Under the pieces are notes generated by a model. It had not been told where the DNA came from. It saw only the letters and a program-made list of their open reading frames with translations, and made no database searches. From NCBI GenBank assembly GCA_025061115.1, contig JANZKC010000002.1, forward strand, positions 26,509 to 50,508: a stretch of DNA of 24,000 nt. Direction: 5' to 3'. Below are positions 1-8,339 of this stretch, piece after piece. The translations under genes were made by a program, and so were the position numbers. The stretch is from Candidatus Culexmicrobium cathedralense. GTDB taxonomy: Archaea; Thermoproteota; Methanomethylicia; Culexarchaeales; Culexmicrobiaceae. Position 1 is the stretch's first letter. The number at the start of each line of letters is the position of its first letter.

Positions 1-1800
1 GCAATTAAAGGCCATGAAATAGATAATTTCTTAGATGCATATCTTAATCTTCAATCCCTAGGCATTCCAATATTCATTACAGCAGATTCAATACTGCACG
101 CCTATCACGTCATTTTCGAAGACACTTTAATTACACTGGAGAAGGAATTCTTCATCAACTGGCTTAAGCAACTAATCAAAACGCTAACGGAGAAGACATA
201 TGACATCTATACGTATTTACCTGAAGATTCCCCTAAACTAAAGAAGGCATCGGAAATAGCGCTGTGCTACTTCGCTGTAGCATCAAAACTCCTAGGAATA
301 GAGTCAAAACTGCCAAATCAAATTGAAAAAATTGTGAATGCAGAATTAACCTTAATCGAAGAGCATAGTAAAACGGCTGAGAGCCCAATATTCAAATATG
401 AGGAAGACTACACCCAGTACAAGCCGAGAGGACATTACACCAAAAATGAAGACTTCAAAAGATACTTTAAGGCCATGATGTGGCTTGGAAGAATGTTCTT
501 CAAGGCAAAGTCGAAAGAGCATACCATAGCTGCAATCATAATCGTCAAAGCCCTCAACGAAGCCGAATTAAACTTGAATGGTGAAAGAGTTAAAGCTAAA
601 GATGTTTGGGAGAAAATCTACTTAACTACGGCATTCTTCATAGGCTATTCGGATGACCTAACAATATATGATTATGAAAAGGCAATTAGCCAAGTTTATG
701 GAGAAGAATTCAAGCTACAAGACTTGAAGGATGATGCAAAACTAGAGAAGCTACAATCAACACTCATAAAAATGAACAAAAGCAAAATCATATCCTTCCC
801 AATATACCCCATAGAGAATGATGAAATTATAGGGTTAAGATTCATGGGGCAACGATTCATCCCAGACTCCTACATTTTCCAGCAATTAGTTTTCGATAAA
901 GTGCCAGGAAGAATCATGCCCAAAGCATTAGATGTAGCTGCAGTATTAGGATCCAAAAGAGCTGAAGTGCACCTAACCATCGACGATAAAAAATACCCAA
1001 ATTACAAGGTTCAACTTGAAAAATTAAAGTTGGAATTTAGCGAATTAACATTGGAAAATTGGACTCAAAATCTCTACTTTGGCTGGCTATATTCCGTCAA
1101 AGCCGCGATTCAAAACTTCACAGATCACCATCCAACGTTCATGCAAACCCAAGCATGGCTCGATGAAAAGCTAAATACGTTTCTAGGCTCCTGGGCTGAG
1201 CTTAGACACGACACGATATTATACGCCAAGCAATCATATACCCTTAAAACATCATCAACAGAGGCATTGAACATAGGTTATGTCGAACCAATACCAGAAC
1301 TATACCAGCGATTAAGACTTTTATGTGATATAACATTAAATGGACTTCAAAAATTAAAACTACTCAAAGATGAATATAAGGAAAAGCTACTTGAATTCTC
1401 AAACATGCTAAAGCAATTAGAGCTAATCTCAATTAAAGAGCTATGTGGATATGAATTAACAAGCGAAGACTACCAGCTAATCATGAATATAGGATATAAA
1501 CTTCAAACGATAATGGCTGGAATTAGAGGGAAAACATTAAAAACTACATTAATAGCCGACGTCCACACCGACACAAATACTATGAGAGTATTGGAAGTCG
1601 GATGCGGCTACGTGGACTACATAATAGTAGTGGTGAAAAAGCCAAGTGGAGAAATGTATGTAGCGGCTGGACCAATATTCACATACTACGAATTTACCCT
1701 GCCAATAAACCAAAGATTAACCGACGAAGAATGGATAAACATGCTCAGAGGAAGAGAAGCTCCGGGCAGGCCAGAATGGGTAAAAAGCTACTATAGCTAA
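1..1800 (+). CDS. DUF3160-like protein, 5' end cut by the window edge
   Basis: Frame 1 is open from nt 1. I translated AIKGHEIDNFLDAYLNLQSLGIPIFITADSILHAYHVIFEDT... without a stop, and it runs into the 334..1800 ORF, so the GTG at 334 is not the real start. The motif DYTQYKPRGHYT...YFKAMMWLGRMFF matches what I recall as the DUF3160 signature. The family call is from memory only. Confidence 0.6.
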   Translation, partial: AIKGHEIDNFLDAYLNLQSLGIPIFITADSILHAYHVIFEDTLITLEKEFFINWLKQLIKTLTEKTYDIYTYLPEDSPKLKKASEIALCYFAVASKLLGIESKLPNQIEKIVNAELTLIEEHSKTAESPIFKYEEDYTQYKPRGHYTKNEDFKRYFKAMMWLGRMFFKAKSKEHTIAAIIIVKALNEAELNLNGERVKAKDVWEKIYLTTAFFIGYSDDLTIYDYEKAISQVYGEEFKLQDLKDDAKLEKLQSTLIKMNKSKIISFPIYPIENDEIIGLRFMGQRFIPDSYIFQQLVFDKVPGRIMPKALDVAAVLGSKRAEVHLTIDDKKYPNYKVQLEKLKLEFSELTLENWTQNLYFGWLYSVKAAIQNFTDHHPTFMQTQAWLDEKLNTFLGSWAELRHDTILYAKQSYTLKTSSTEALNIGYVEPIPELYQRLRLLCDITLNGLQKLKLLKDEYKEKLLEFSNMLKQLELISIKELCGYELTSEDYQLIMNIGYKLQTIMAGIRGKTLKTTLIADVHTDTNTMRVLEVGCGYVDYIIVVVKKPSGEMYVAAGPIFTYYEFTLPINQRLTDEEWINMLRGREAPGRPEWVKSYYS

Positions 1801-1878
1801 CCAATCTAGTTAAAACCTATTTTACATTCCAATCCAAACCAAACACCTTTTAAGTATAAGAACAAAAATATTGCAAGC

Positions 1879-2475
1879 ATGAGTTTAACTAAATGCATAT
1901 TTGATCTTCTAGTTCGAATTGTTAGGAAATACTCTTGGATTGGAGTATTTATATCAATGATAATGGAGAGTGCATGCCTACCAATTCCAAGCGAAATTGT
2001 GATGCCATTAACTGGATTTGCACTCTGCACAAACATAAACAGCATTATTATTGCCGCATTAATTGCTTCAATAGCGAATTTAATTGGCTCATGGATAGCG
2101 TACCTAGTTGGATATTGGGGTGGAAGAAAAATAATTCTAAAATATGGAAAGTATTTCTTAATAAGAAGAAAAGAGTATTTAAAAGCTGAAGAATTATTTG
2201 AAAGACATGGAGCTATAGTGATCCTTATTGGCAGAATGCTACCAGTCATAAGAACAATCATCTCCCTTCCAGCAGGGATATTCTCGATAAATCCAACAAA
2301 ATTCACGACCTATACCCTTATAGGTTCAATTCCATGGAATCTGGCCCTAACATATTTAGGATACCTCCTGGGTGAAAATTGGCATTTAATTGCAGATTAC
2401 GTAAGCTACTTAGACTACATTGTCATAATAGCATTAATAATCCTTATCATTTATATTTTAAAGAGAAATAAATAA
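1879..2475 (+). CDS. DedA / VTT-domain (SNARE-associated) integral membrane protein
   Basis: 198-aa ORF with ATG at 1879 and several hydrophobic helices. GVFISMIMESACLPIPSEIVMPLTGF and GRMLPVIRTIISLPAGI resemble the DedA family core motifs. Confidence 0.7.
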   Translation: MSLTKCIFDLLVRIVRKYSWIGVFISMIMESACLPIPSEIVMPLTGFALCTNINSIIIAALIASIANLIGSWIAYLVGYWGGRKIILKYGKYFLIRRKEYLKAEELFERHGAIVILIGRMLPVIRTIISLPAGIFSINPTKFTTYTLIGSIPWNLALTYLGYLLGENWHLIADYVSYLDYIVIIALIILIIYILKRNK

Positions 2476-2585
2476 AATCACTGCTAAATCAATCAACAGA
2501 TAATAGTTCTAATTCAGAATAATATTCATTTTTTAATTATTATAATCTGAATAATTAAAAATTTTAAATCAATTTAATTATTTAA

Positions 2586-2991
2586 TTAAAATTTGCTTAA
2601 AGAATCATGTTGTGGACGTGAGATAAAATGATTCATTAATTTATGGCTTTGATTAAAAATTGGAGGTAAAACTTCACTCCACCTTTTAATCAATTCAACC
2701 GCATATTTGAACTCATCTAATGCATTCTTTCTACACCAATATCAGAGTTAAAATGGACATCCCACCATGAGATTTTGCATTCAACGAAAAAGCGATTCAA
2801 AATGTTGTTGGCCTTTTCAACAATTTTTGAAAATCAATTGGAGGTATGCCGAATAATTCTCTAAATCTTGGAAAGTCAATTTTCACATCAAATTTCTTCG
2901 CTAATCTATGAGGGAACCGTAATCCTAGTAACTGTAAATTAATGACCACAGCATCCAACTCCAGTAACTTAAACTTTTTACTAAATATATT
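2586..2991 (-). pseudogene. Decayed gene remnant of unknown family, in three consecutive reading-frame fragments
   Basis: Hand translation of the minus strand gives three abutting protein-like fragments in three frames, each ending at a stop where the next frame opens. Fragment 1 (2991..2797): NIFSKKFKLLELDAVVINLQLLGLRFPHRLAKKFDVKIDFPRFRELFGIPPIDFQKLLKRPTTF*. Fragment 2 (2796..2717): NRFFVECKISWWDVHFNSDIGVERMH*. Fragment 3 (2716..2586): DEFKYAVELIKRWSEVLPPIFNQSHKLMNHFISRPQHDSLSKF*. There is no start codon and no family was recognised. Confidence 0.3.
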
Positions 2992-3017
2992 ATTAACATT
3001 ACGCTAAATAATATAAT

Positions 3018-3430
3018 TTAATTAAGTAGTAATGCGATCCAAGTTGCCATTATTAAAATGCCAATAATATCGCTCAGCCTTTCGTGATTGCTTTCACTAG
3101 CAAATGGATGGCTTTGATAAAAGCATTCATCCACCCACAATATAAGTGCAGCCACATAAAACGTTGAGCTTGAGGCCCAGTCAAATCGCGATAATAATGT
3201 CGACAATATTGTTGAGACCATCGACCAATGATAGTGCTCAAAAACTCCAGATTTCTATCATATTTTGAGCCTACATAGCCTCCATGCCACCAAATCCAGT
3301 TGACCAACCCCATAGCAACAAACCTAAAGATGAAATAATTATTCCAGACAACGAATTGCGATGATAATACTATGGGTAAGGAGAATAATATGGCCCTTAA
3401 GGATTTGAGCAATCTTTTAAGCATTGACAC
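3018..3430 (-). pseudogene. Small multi-pass membrane protein, frameshifted (or carrying a sequencing error) at an A5/T5 run
   Basis: ORF 3074..3430 is membrane-like only up to ...GSKYDRNLEF and then turns into an implausible C/H/W/Y/R-rich tail. The -1 frame opens just after 3254 and continues membrane-like to 3018 (FEHYHWSMVSTILSTLLSRFDWASSSTFYVAALILWV...IGILIMATWIALLLN). The switch point coincides with the homopolymer at 3240..3244. Confidence 0.45.
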
Positions 3431-3493
3431 TTCATCTTCATGTTATATTCTCATTGTATAAGCTTTAAGATTAAAGGAAAACTCGACTCAATT

Positions 3494-5296
3494 TCACGTT
3501 ACTGCGGTAGCTTGCATTCCTAACTGAGAAGTGTAGAGCTTGTAGTAAAGACCTTTCCTCTCCATGAGTTCATTATGAGAACCCTCCTCAATGATTTCTC
3601 CATTATGTATAACTATAATTCTATCACAATCCCTAGCTAAAGTTAGTCGATGTGCAATTATAATTCCTGTTTTTCCTTGGAATAGTTTTTTAATGGCATT
3701 TTTAATCATTTCTTCAGTTTGAGGATCTACACTTGACATTGCCTCATCGAGAATTAATATTGATGGATTACGCAGCATAGCTCTGGCGAATGCTATTAAT
3801 TGCTTTTCTCCAGTTGATAATTTTCTGCCTGCTTCTCCTGCATCTGTTTCATATCCATGAGGAAGCCTCATTATGAAGTTGTGGATTCCAAGTTTTTTGC
3901 ATACGTTAATTACATCTCGCTCGGTTGCTCCGGGCTTTCCTATCTTAATATTCTCCATTATTGTTCCTGGAAATAGGTATGTTTCCTGTGGAACGAAACC
4001 TATAAGCATGCGAAGTGATTTTTGCTTGATTTTTCTTATATCATGTCCATCAATCAATATGGATCCTCTCTTAACATCATAAAATCTGCATAATAAGCTA
4101 ACTAAAGTTGTTTTACCTGCTCCTGTTGGCCCAACTAGGGCAACTATTTCTCCAGGATTTATCGTTAAATTAATGTTTTTGAGGACAGGCATGCCTGGAT
4201 TATACTCAAAGTAGACATTTCTGAACTCTATTTTACCCTTTATTTGAGTTAGCTCAATTGCATCTGGAGCATCTTTAACATCCAATTCTACATCTAATAT
4301 GTTGAATATTCTTTCAGCAGCTGCAAAGGCAGCTTGAATTGCGTCATACATGTTTACAAGCGTCATTATTGGCATCGTAAATCGAGTAACATAGGATAGA
4401 AATGCTACAAGAGTCCCTATGCTCACTGCTTGAATTGAAGTCAAGTAACCACCATACCATAATACGAGGACGGTGGCTACAGTTGAAAGCATTCGTATTA
4501 TTGGCCAGAAAAGAGCCATCAATCTTCCTGCAGCCACGTTTGCCTCCAGGGTCTCCCTTGAAGCAGCTCTAAAGGATTTAGCTACAGCATCTTCCCTTCC
4601 AAATGCTTGAATCACCTTAATTCCAGATATGCTTTCTTGAACTTTAGCTGTAACTTTAGCTATTTTCTCCCTAGTCATCCTGTATGCTTTCCTCATTTTA
4701 GAGCTAAAAACATAGGCAACCGCAATCATTACTGGAATTATTGTAAGAGACACCAATGTGAGAGGTATACTTAACATAAACATGGCTGCCAAAATGCCTA
4801 CCAATGTTATTAGATCTCCAATCACGCTGAAAACTCCAGTTACCAAGACTTCTTGCAGCGTTGAAGTGTCATTCACGACTATGGATATTAGCTCACCCAC
4901 TCTTCGCTTATTATAGAAGCTAAAGGACAACTTCTGAAGCTTTTCAAAAATTTGCCTCCTAATGCTATTAAGGAATTTTTGTCCAACCCACTCGAGAGCA
5001 TATCCTCTTAAACTTTGGGAGGCCCATTGACCAACAGCGCAAACCACATATAGACCCGCCATAATTAAAAGACCAGCTAAATCCCCCCTCAAAATGTAAT
5101 TGTCAATTGCCAATCCAAGTATATAGGGTGCAGCTAAGCTTGCAAACGAGTTGACTATAGTTAAAATAGCAACCGCCACGAAAGCCAATTTATAAGGCGC
5201 TAAGTTTCTAATTAACCTCCTCAGAAGAACTGTGGATGGCGTGGTCACCTTAACCTTTTCTTGCTTCCACATTCTCCTAAAATGAAAGCCCGTCAA
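3494..5296 (-). CDS. ABC exporter subunit (TMD-NBD half transporter) with a canonical catalytic NBD
   Basis: 600-aa ORF with an N-terminal six-helix exporter-type TMD. Walker A GPTGAGKTT, Walker B ILILDEA (catalytic Glu present), H-loop IIIAHRL, and a non-canonical signature LSTGEKQ. The TTG at 5296 overlaps the upstream stop (TTGA). An alternative ATG lies at 5272. Confidence 0.9.
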   Translation of the reverse strand: MTGFHFRRMWKQEKVKVTTPSTVLLRRLIRNLAPYKLAFVAVAILTIVNSFASLAAPYILGLAIDNYILRGDLAGLLIMAGLYVVCAVGQWASQSLRGYALEWVGQKFLNSIRRQIFEKLQKLSFSFYNKRRVGELISIVVNDTSTLQEVLVTGVFSVIGDLITLVGILAAMFMLSIPLTLVSLTIIPVMIAVAYVFSSKMRKAYRMTREKIAKVTAKVQESISGIKVIQAFGREDAVAKSFRAASRETLEANVAAGRLMALFWPIIRMLSTVATVLVLWYGGYLTSIQAVSIGTLVAFLSYVTRFTMPIMTLVNMYDAIQAAFAAAERIFNILDVELDVKDAPDAIELTQIKGKIEFRNVYFEYNPGMPVLKNINLTINPGEIVALVGPTGAGKTTLVSLLCRFYDVKRGSILIDGHDIRKIKQKSLRMLIGFVPQETYLFPGTIMENIKIGKPGATERDVINVCKKLGIHNFIMRLPHGYETDAGEAGRKLSTGEKQLIAFARAMLRNPSILILDEAMSSVDPQTEEMIKNAIKKLFQGKTGIIIAHRLTLARDCDRIIVIHNGEIIEEGSHNELMERKGLYYKLYTSQLGMQATAVT

Positions 5297-7098
5297 TCAC
5301 TATCACCTCTGATGGGCATTTCGACTGGACTAACCTTTTTCTGATCCTCCAACATGATTGAATACATTTTGGCGTATAATCCCCTCCTAGCCATAAGCTC
5401 CTCATGGGTGCCCATTTCAACTATTTGACCATCATCGAGAACAATTATCTTGTCAGCCAATTTAACCAATGACAAGCGCTGAGTAACTATGAAGGTTGTT
5501 CTCCCTTTCATTACTTCCTTCAAGTCTTCAACTAAAGCTTTCTCCGTTTCAGCATCCAAATTTGAGGTCGGATCATCCAAAATTAATATTCTCGGATTGG
5601 TTAGTAATGCCCTTGCTATGGCCAGCCTTTGCCTTTGACCTCCTGAAAGCGTAACCCCCCTCTCACCTATAACGGTATCATACTTCCTAGGCAAGGTCAT
5701 TATAAAATCATGAATTTTTGCAGCTTTAGCTGCAGCAATTATGTCCTCCATCGAAGCATCAGGCTGCCCAAAAGCAATATTTTCTTTAATTGTTCCGCTG
5801 AAAAGAAATGGTTCCTGAGAAACGAAGGCAACTTGCCTTCTTAATGACTTAAGCTTAACATCCCTAATATCGACATTATCAATTAATATCCTACCTCTAT
5901 CCGGGTCGTAAAATCTCGGAATAAGCCTTATCAACGTGCTTTTCCCTGAGCCAGGTGGACCCAATAAAACTACCTTCTCGCCCGGATTAACTTTAAATGA
6001 AATATTTTTGAGGACAGGTTTACCTTTAATATAGCTGAAAGTTACATCTTCAAATTTAACTTCACCTTTCACAGGCGGAAGCTCTATTGCATTTGGCTTT
6101 TCTTTAACTTCAGGAAGCCTCTCCATTATTTCAAATAATCTTTGAGCTGCAGTCATTGATCTTTGAAAACCGCTAATAAAGAATCCCAAGGCCCTCATCG
6201 GCCACATTAACATAAGCAAGTATGAATTAAATGCAGTTAACTCGCCAATCGTAAATTCTCCTCCAATTATCGCATAACCACCATACAGAAGAATGAAAGC
6301 CATTCCCAACCCCAATATCAAGCGACCGCAATAACCATAAATCGACCTAATCTTAGCTGCCTTAACATTTAATTCAAAAAGCCTGTCATTCTCCCTCGAA
6401 AACCTCTCCAATTCAAAATCCTCAATTGCCAATGCCTTAACTGTCTTTATTCCACTTAAATTGCTGTTAACTATTGACGTTAAAACGCCAATTTGATACC
6501 TTATGGTTGAGTAAAGTGGTCTAATCATGGAGCTATACTTCAAATTCACGATAATCATCACAGGCAGTATGAGCATGGTCAACAGGGAAAGCTTAAAGTT
6601 CATCTGAAACATGTAGACATAAGCCAAAATAGTAAGAGTTATCGCATTTATAAAGCTCCTTAATTGAAAAGATAAGAACCTTGACATAGCATCTGTATCA
6701 TTAGTTACTCTAGCAATTAGTTGACCGGTCGGAACTTCATCAAAGAAAGCGTAGGACTGCCTTTGAATTGCCTTAAAAACATCATTACGTAAATCGAAAA
6801 CAACATTTTGAGAAAAAAGAATGCTGGCATACCTTTCAAAGTAGCCTAGAAGGCTCATTAATGCCGTAACTATAATTATCAAAGCGGAATAATATGGGAT
6901 AACTTGGAAATTACCTGCACTTATCCCTTCATCAATTATGACTCTAGTAAACGAAGGTATTAAAACGCTTAGTAAAGATGATAAAAACATGCTTGCAACT
7001 GCAATTGCAAAATACTTTCGTTTCCTCAAAATATATGGTATCAACTTCAAAAACGTCTTAAAACTAGAACTTCTAGACTTTATCGTAACTGCGTCCAC
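5293..7098 (-). CDS. ABC exporter subunit (TMD-NBD half transporter) with a degenerate NBD
   Basis: 601-aa ORF. Walker A GPPGSGKST and canonical signature LSGGQRQR. Walker B is ILILDDP (Asp in place of the catalytic Glu) and the H-loop position reads FIVTQRL (Gln in place of His). GTG at 7098 is the only in-frame start after an upstream TAG. Confidence 0.9.
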   Translation of the reverse strand: MDAVTIKSRSSSFKTFLKLIPYILRKRKYFAIAVASMFLSSLLSVLIPSFTRVIIDEGISAGNFQVIPYYSALIIIVTALMSLLGYFERYASILFSQNVVFDLRNDVFKAIQRQSYAFFDEVPTGQLIARVTNDTDAMSRFLSFQLRSFINAITLTILAYVYMFQMNFKLSLLTMLILPVMIIVNLKYSSMIRPLYSTIRYQIGVLTSIVNSNLSGIKTVKALAIEDFELERFSRENDRLFELNVKAAKIRSIYGYCGRLILGLGMAFILLYGGYAIIGGEFTIGELTAFNSYLLMLMWPMRALGFFISGFQRSMTAAQRLFEIMERLPEVKEKPNAIELPPVKGEVKFEDVTFSYIKGKPVLKNISFKVNPGEKVVLLGPPGSGKSTLIRLIPRFYDPDRGRILIDNVDIRDVKLKSLRRQVAFVSQEPFLFSGTIKENIAFGQPDASMEDIIAAAKAAKIHDFIMTLPRKYDTVIGERGVTLSGGQRQRLAIARALLTNPRILILDDPTSNLDAETEKALVEDLKEVMKGRTTFIVTQRLSLVKLADKIIVLDDGQIVEMGTHEELMARRGLYAKMYSIMLEDQKKVSPVEMPIRGDSD

Positions 7099-7197
7099 TG
7101 AAGTTTTAATCCCAACACCTCCCTGTAGCTACATACTCGTATGGAGCTTGATTATATAGAATATAATCATCCTAGATAAAAATGTTACGTAGATAAC

Positions 7198-8339
7198 TCA
7201 CAAACTATTACCTTTACCTCCATGCTTATATGCTATGGCGCAGGCACCTTCGCTAGAAACCATGCATGGCCCAACTGGATTTAGCGGATTACACGTCCTA
7301 GCAAAGAGCGGGCATTCCCATGGCATTATTAGACCTCTTAAAACATCGCCACACCTGCATCCCGGAGGCATTTCATAGCTCTCTTCAACCTCAAGGTCAA
7401 ATTTCAACTCTGCATCATACTTCTCAAACTCACTTTTAAGCTTCAATCCCGAATTCGGAACCCTACCAATTCCCCTCCAGTCGGCATCGTAAATGTCAAA
7501 TACTTCCTTCATCATTCTCTGCGCCTTCACATTGCCCTCCTCCTTAACAACCCTCGCATATTCATTGAAAACATCATAGTGACCCTCCCTAATCATTTGA
7601 ATGAGCATCGCAGTTCCTATCAAAACATCAATCGGCTCAAATCCAGCTATGACCATTGGAGCCCTAAACCTCTTCGCAATCGGTCTATAAGGTTTAACTC
7701 CAATTATAGTTGAAACGTGACCTGGACAAATGAAGCCATCTATTTTAAGTTCACCGAGCCTAAGCAGGAACTCCATGACCGGCGGAATAAGCAGGTGAGT
7801 GCATATTATCGAGAAATTGCTGGGAGGCTTTTCAAGCAGAACTGCAGCTGTGGATGGAGCAGTAGTTTCGAATCCAATTGCAAAGTGAACCACCTCCTTA
7901 TCCGGATTATTAAGAGCTAACTTAACCGAATCCCAAATACTATACACCACAACAACATTTCCACCCATGGACTTAGCTTCCATAAGCGATTGCCTCGTCC
8001 CCTTAACCCTAAACATGTCTCCAAAAGTAGTTACTATCACGTCATTCCTCATTGAAAGCTCAACCGCCTCCTGAACTTTAACTGGAGAAGCCACGCATAC
8101 TGGGCATCCTGGACCTGCTCTCAAATCTACTTTAGAAATTAAACTTCTAATTCCAAAGTGGGTTATCGTATATTCGTGAGTCGGCCAGCCGCTTAATGCG
8201 GCTGTGTGCCGCACACATGCATAACTAGGAACCTATCCTCACCGCACAACCTATTTATATATGCAACCAACTTCTCAGCCAATTTCCTATCCCTATACTT
8301 TGAAATCAAATCGAGAAGTTCCATCACATTCACCCCCAT
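7198..8339 (-). CDS. hypD: [NiFe]-hydrogenase maturation protein HypD, reading frame interrupted by a 26-nt BHB-flanked insert (exon 1 8206..8324/8339, exon 2 7198..8179)
   Basis: The 63-aa ORF (8193..8384) carries the HypD N-terminus (MELLDLISKYRDRKLAEKLVAYINRL...FLVMHVCGT). The 338-aa ORF (7198..8214) carries the rest: HEYTITHFGIRSL...GPGCPVCV, GFETTAPS, CPGHVSTIIG, PPGCRCGDVLRG...CPLF...CNPLNPVGPCMVSSEGACAIAY. Deleting 8180..8205 joins ...VCGT|HEYTIT... in frame. Total length is 1098 nt from ATG 8324 or 1113 nt from ATG 8339, both divisible by 3. ATG 8324 is preceded by GGGGTGA plus 5 nt. ATG 8339 overlaps the upstream stop (TGATG). Confidence 0.85.
8180..8205 (-). other. Candidate bulge-helix-bulge (BHB) intron inside the hypD coding sequence
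   Basis: The RNA sense strand, with descending window coordinates, reads: UGUG(8215-8212) CGGC(8211-8208) [AC|A](8207-8205) CAGCCGC(8204-8198) AUUAA(8197-8193) GCGGCUG(8192-8186) GCCG(8185-8182) [AC|U](8181-8179) CACG(8178-8175). This gives a 4-bp outer helix (one G-U pair), a 4-bp central helix CGGC/GCCG flanked by two 3-nt bulges on opposite strands, and a 7-bp inner hairpin. That is the canonical hBHBh' geometry. The in-frame TAA (8195..8193) lies in the hairpin loop. Confidence 0.7.

Noticed and set aside
1602-1796. 64-aa ORF overlapping the 3' end of the DUF3160-like gene. The same applies to 21425..21721, which overlaps the aminotransferase 3' end.
   Set aside because: Both are alternative-frame ORFs within or trailing out of well-supported genes, with highly basic, low-complexity sequence. 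They are not credible genes.
2500-2600. Apparent inverted repeats in the very AT-rich stretch after DedA (TTAATTATTTAATTAA and similar).
   Set aside because: This is low-complexity A/T sequence, and the arms are imperfect when written out. It is more likely a terminator or spacer composition effect than a defined element.
3236-3270. Programmed -1 ribosomal frameshift, or a second BHB intron, at the break in the small membrane protein gene.
   Set aside because: G UUU UUG is not a canonical X XXY YYZ slippery heptamer, and the hairpin includes the site rather than following it. The 8-bp stem has no 3-nt bulges around a 4-bp helix, so there is no BHB geometry. A homopolymer indel is the simplest explanation.
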